A DNA stretch of 64,000 bases from Eledone cirrhosa (lineage: Eukaryota), in the NCBI GenBank assembly GCA_964016885.1, contig OZ024741.1, forward strand, positions 352,036,001 through 352,100,000, in the 5' to 3' direction. Position numbers and translations under genes: made by a program. This document shows positions 63,846 through 64,000 of this stretch, piece by piece. The notes below the pieces were generated by a model. The model had not been told where the DNA came from, searched no databases, and saw only the letters and a program-made list of their open reading frames with translations. Within the stretch, counting starts at the first letter, position 1, and the number at the start of each line of letters is the position of its first letter.

Positions 63846-64000
63846 ATTATAATTATTATTTAAACAATAAAATAGGTATGCAAGAACATAACGTATATTA
63901 GATTTAAGGTAAGTTTAATTTAGATATATCTACAAATTTTAAATTTAAAACCTTCACTGTGGAAAGAATGTACACAGATATTTGGACTTTTTAGTTTCAA

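Overview
This is AT-rich, repeat-dominated eukaryotic (animal) DNA with no recognisable host gene; the repeat content resembles an octopod cephalopod (inference). It contains very long interrupted (TA)n tracts and a 200-N gap at 15970-16169. Retroelements include two subfamilies of RTE-clade LINEs (one apparently full length, with a ~630-bp tandem array at its 5' end), a CR1-group LINE, a decayed Penelope-like RT and tRNA-type SINEs. DNA elements include a decayed mariner, two non-autonomous Helitrons and TTAA-ended MITEs. The standout feature is at 11.7-16.0 kb: a ~309-bp, highly self-complementary tandem repeat in which each monomer carries a type I hammerhead ribozyme motif (six copies), consistent with a non-LTR retrozyme-like element. 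It is fused to a second structured ~260-bp element that forms two fold-back palindromes. One ribozyme copy is flipped in place between its own 15-16 bp inverted repeats. All calls were made by eye, with no database search or folding computation.
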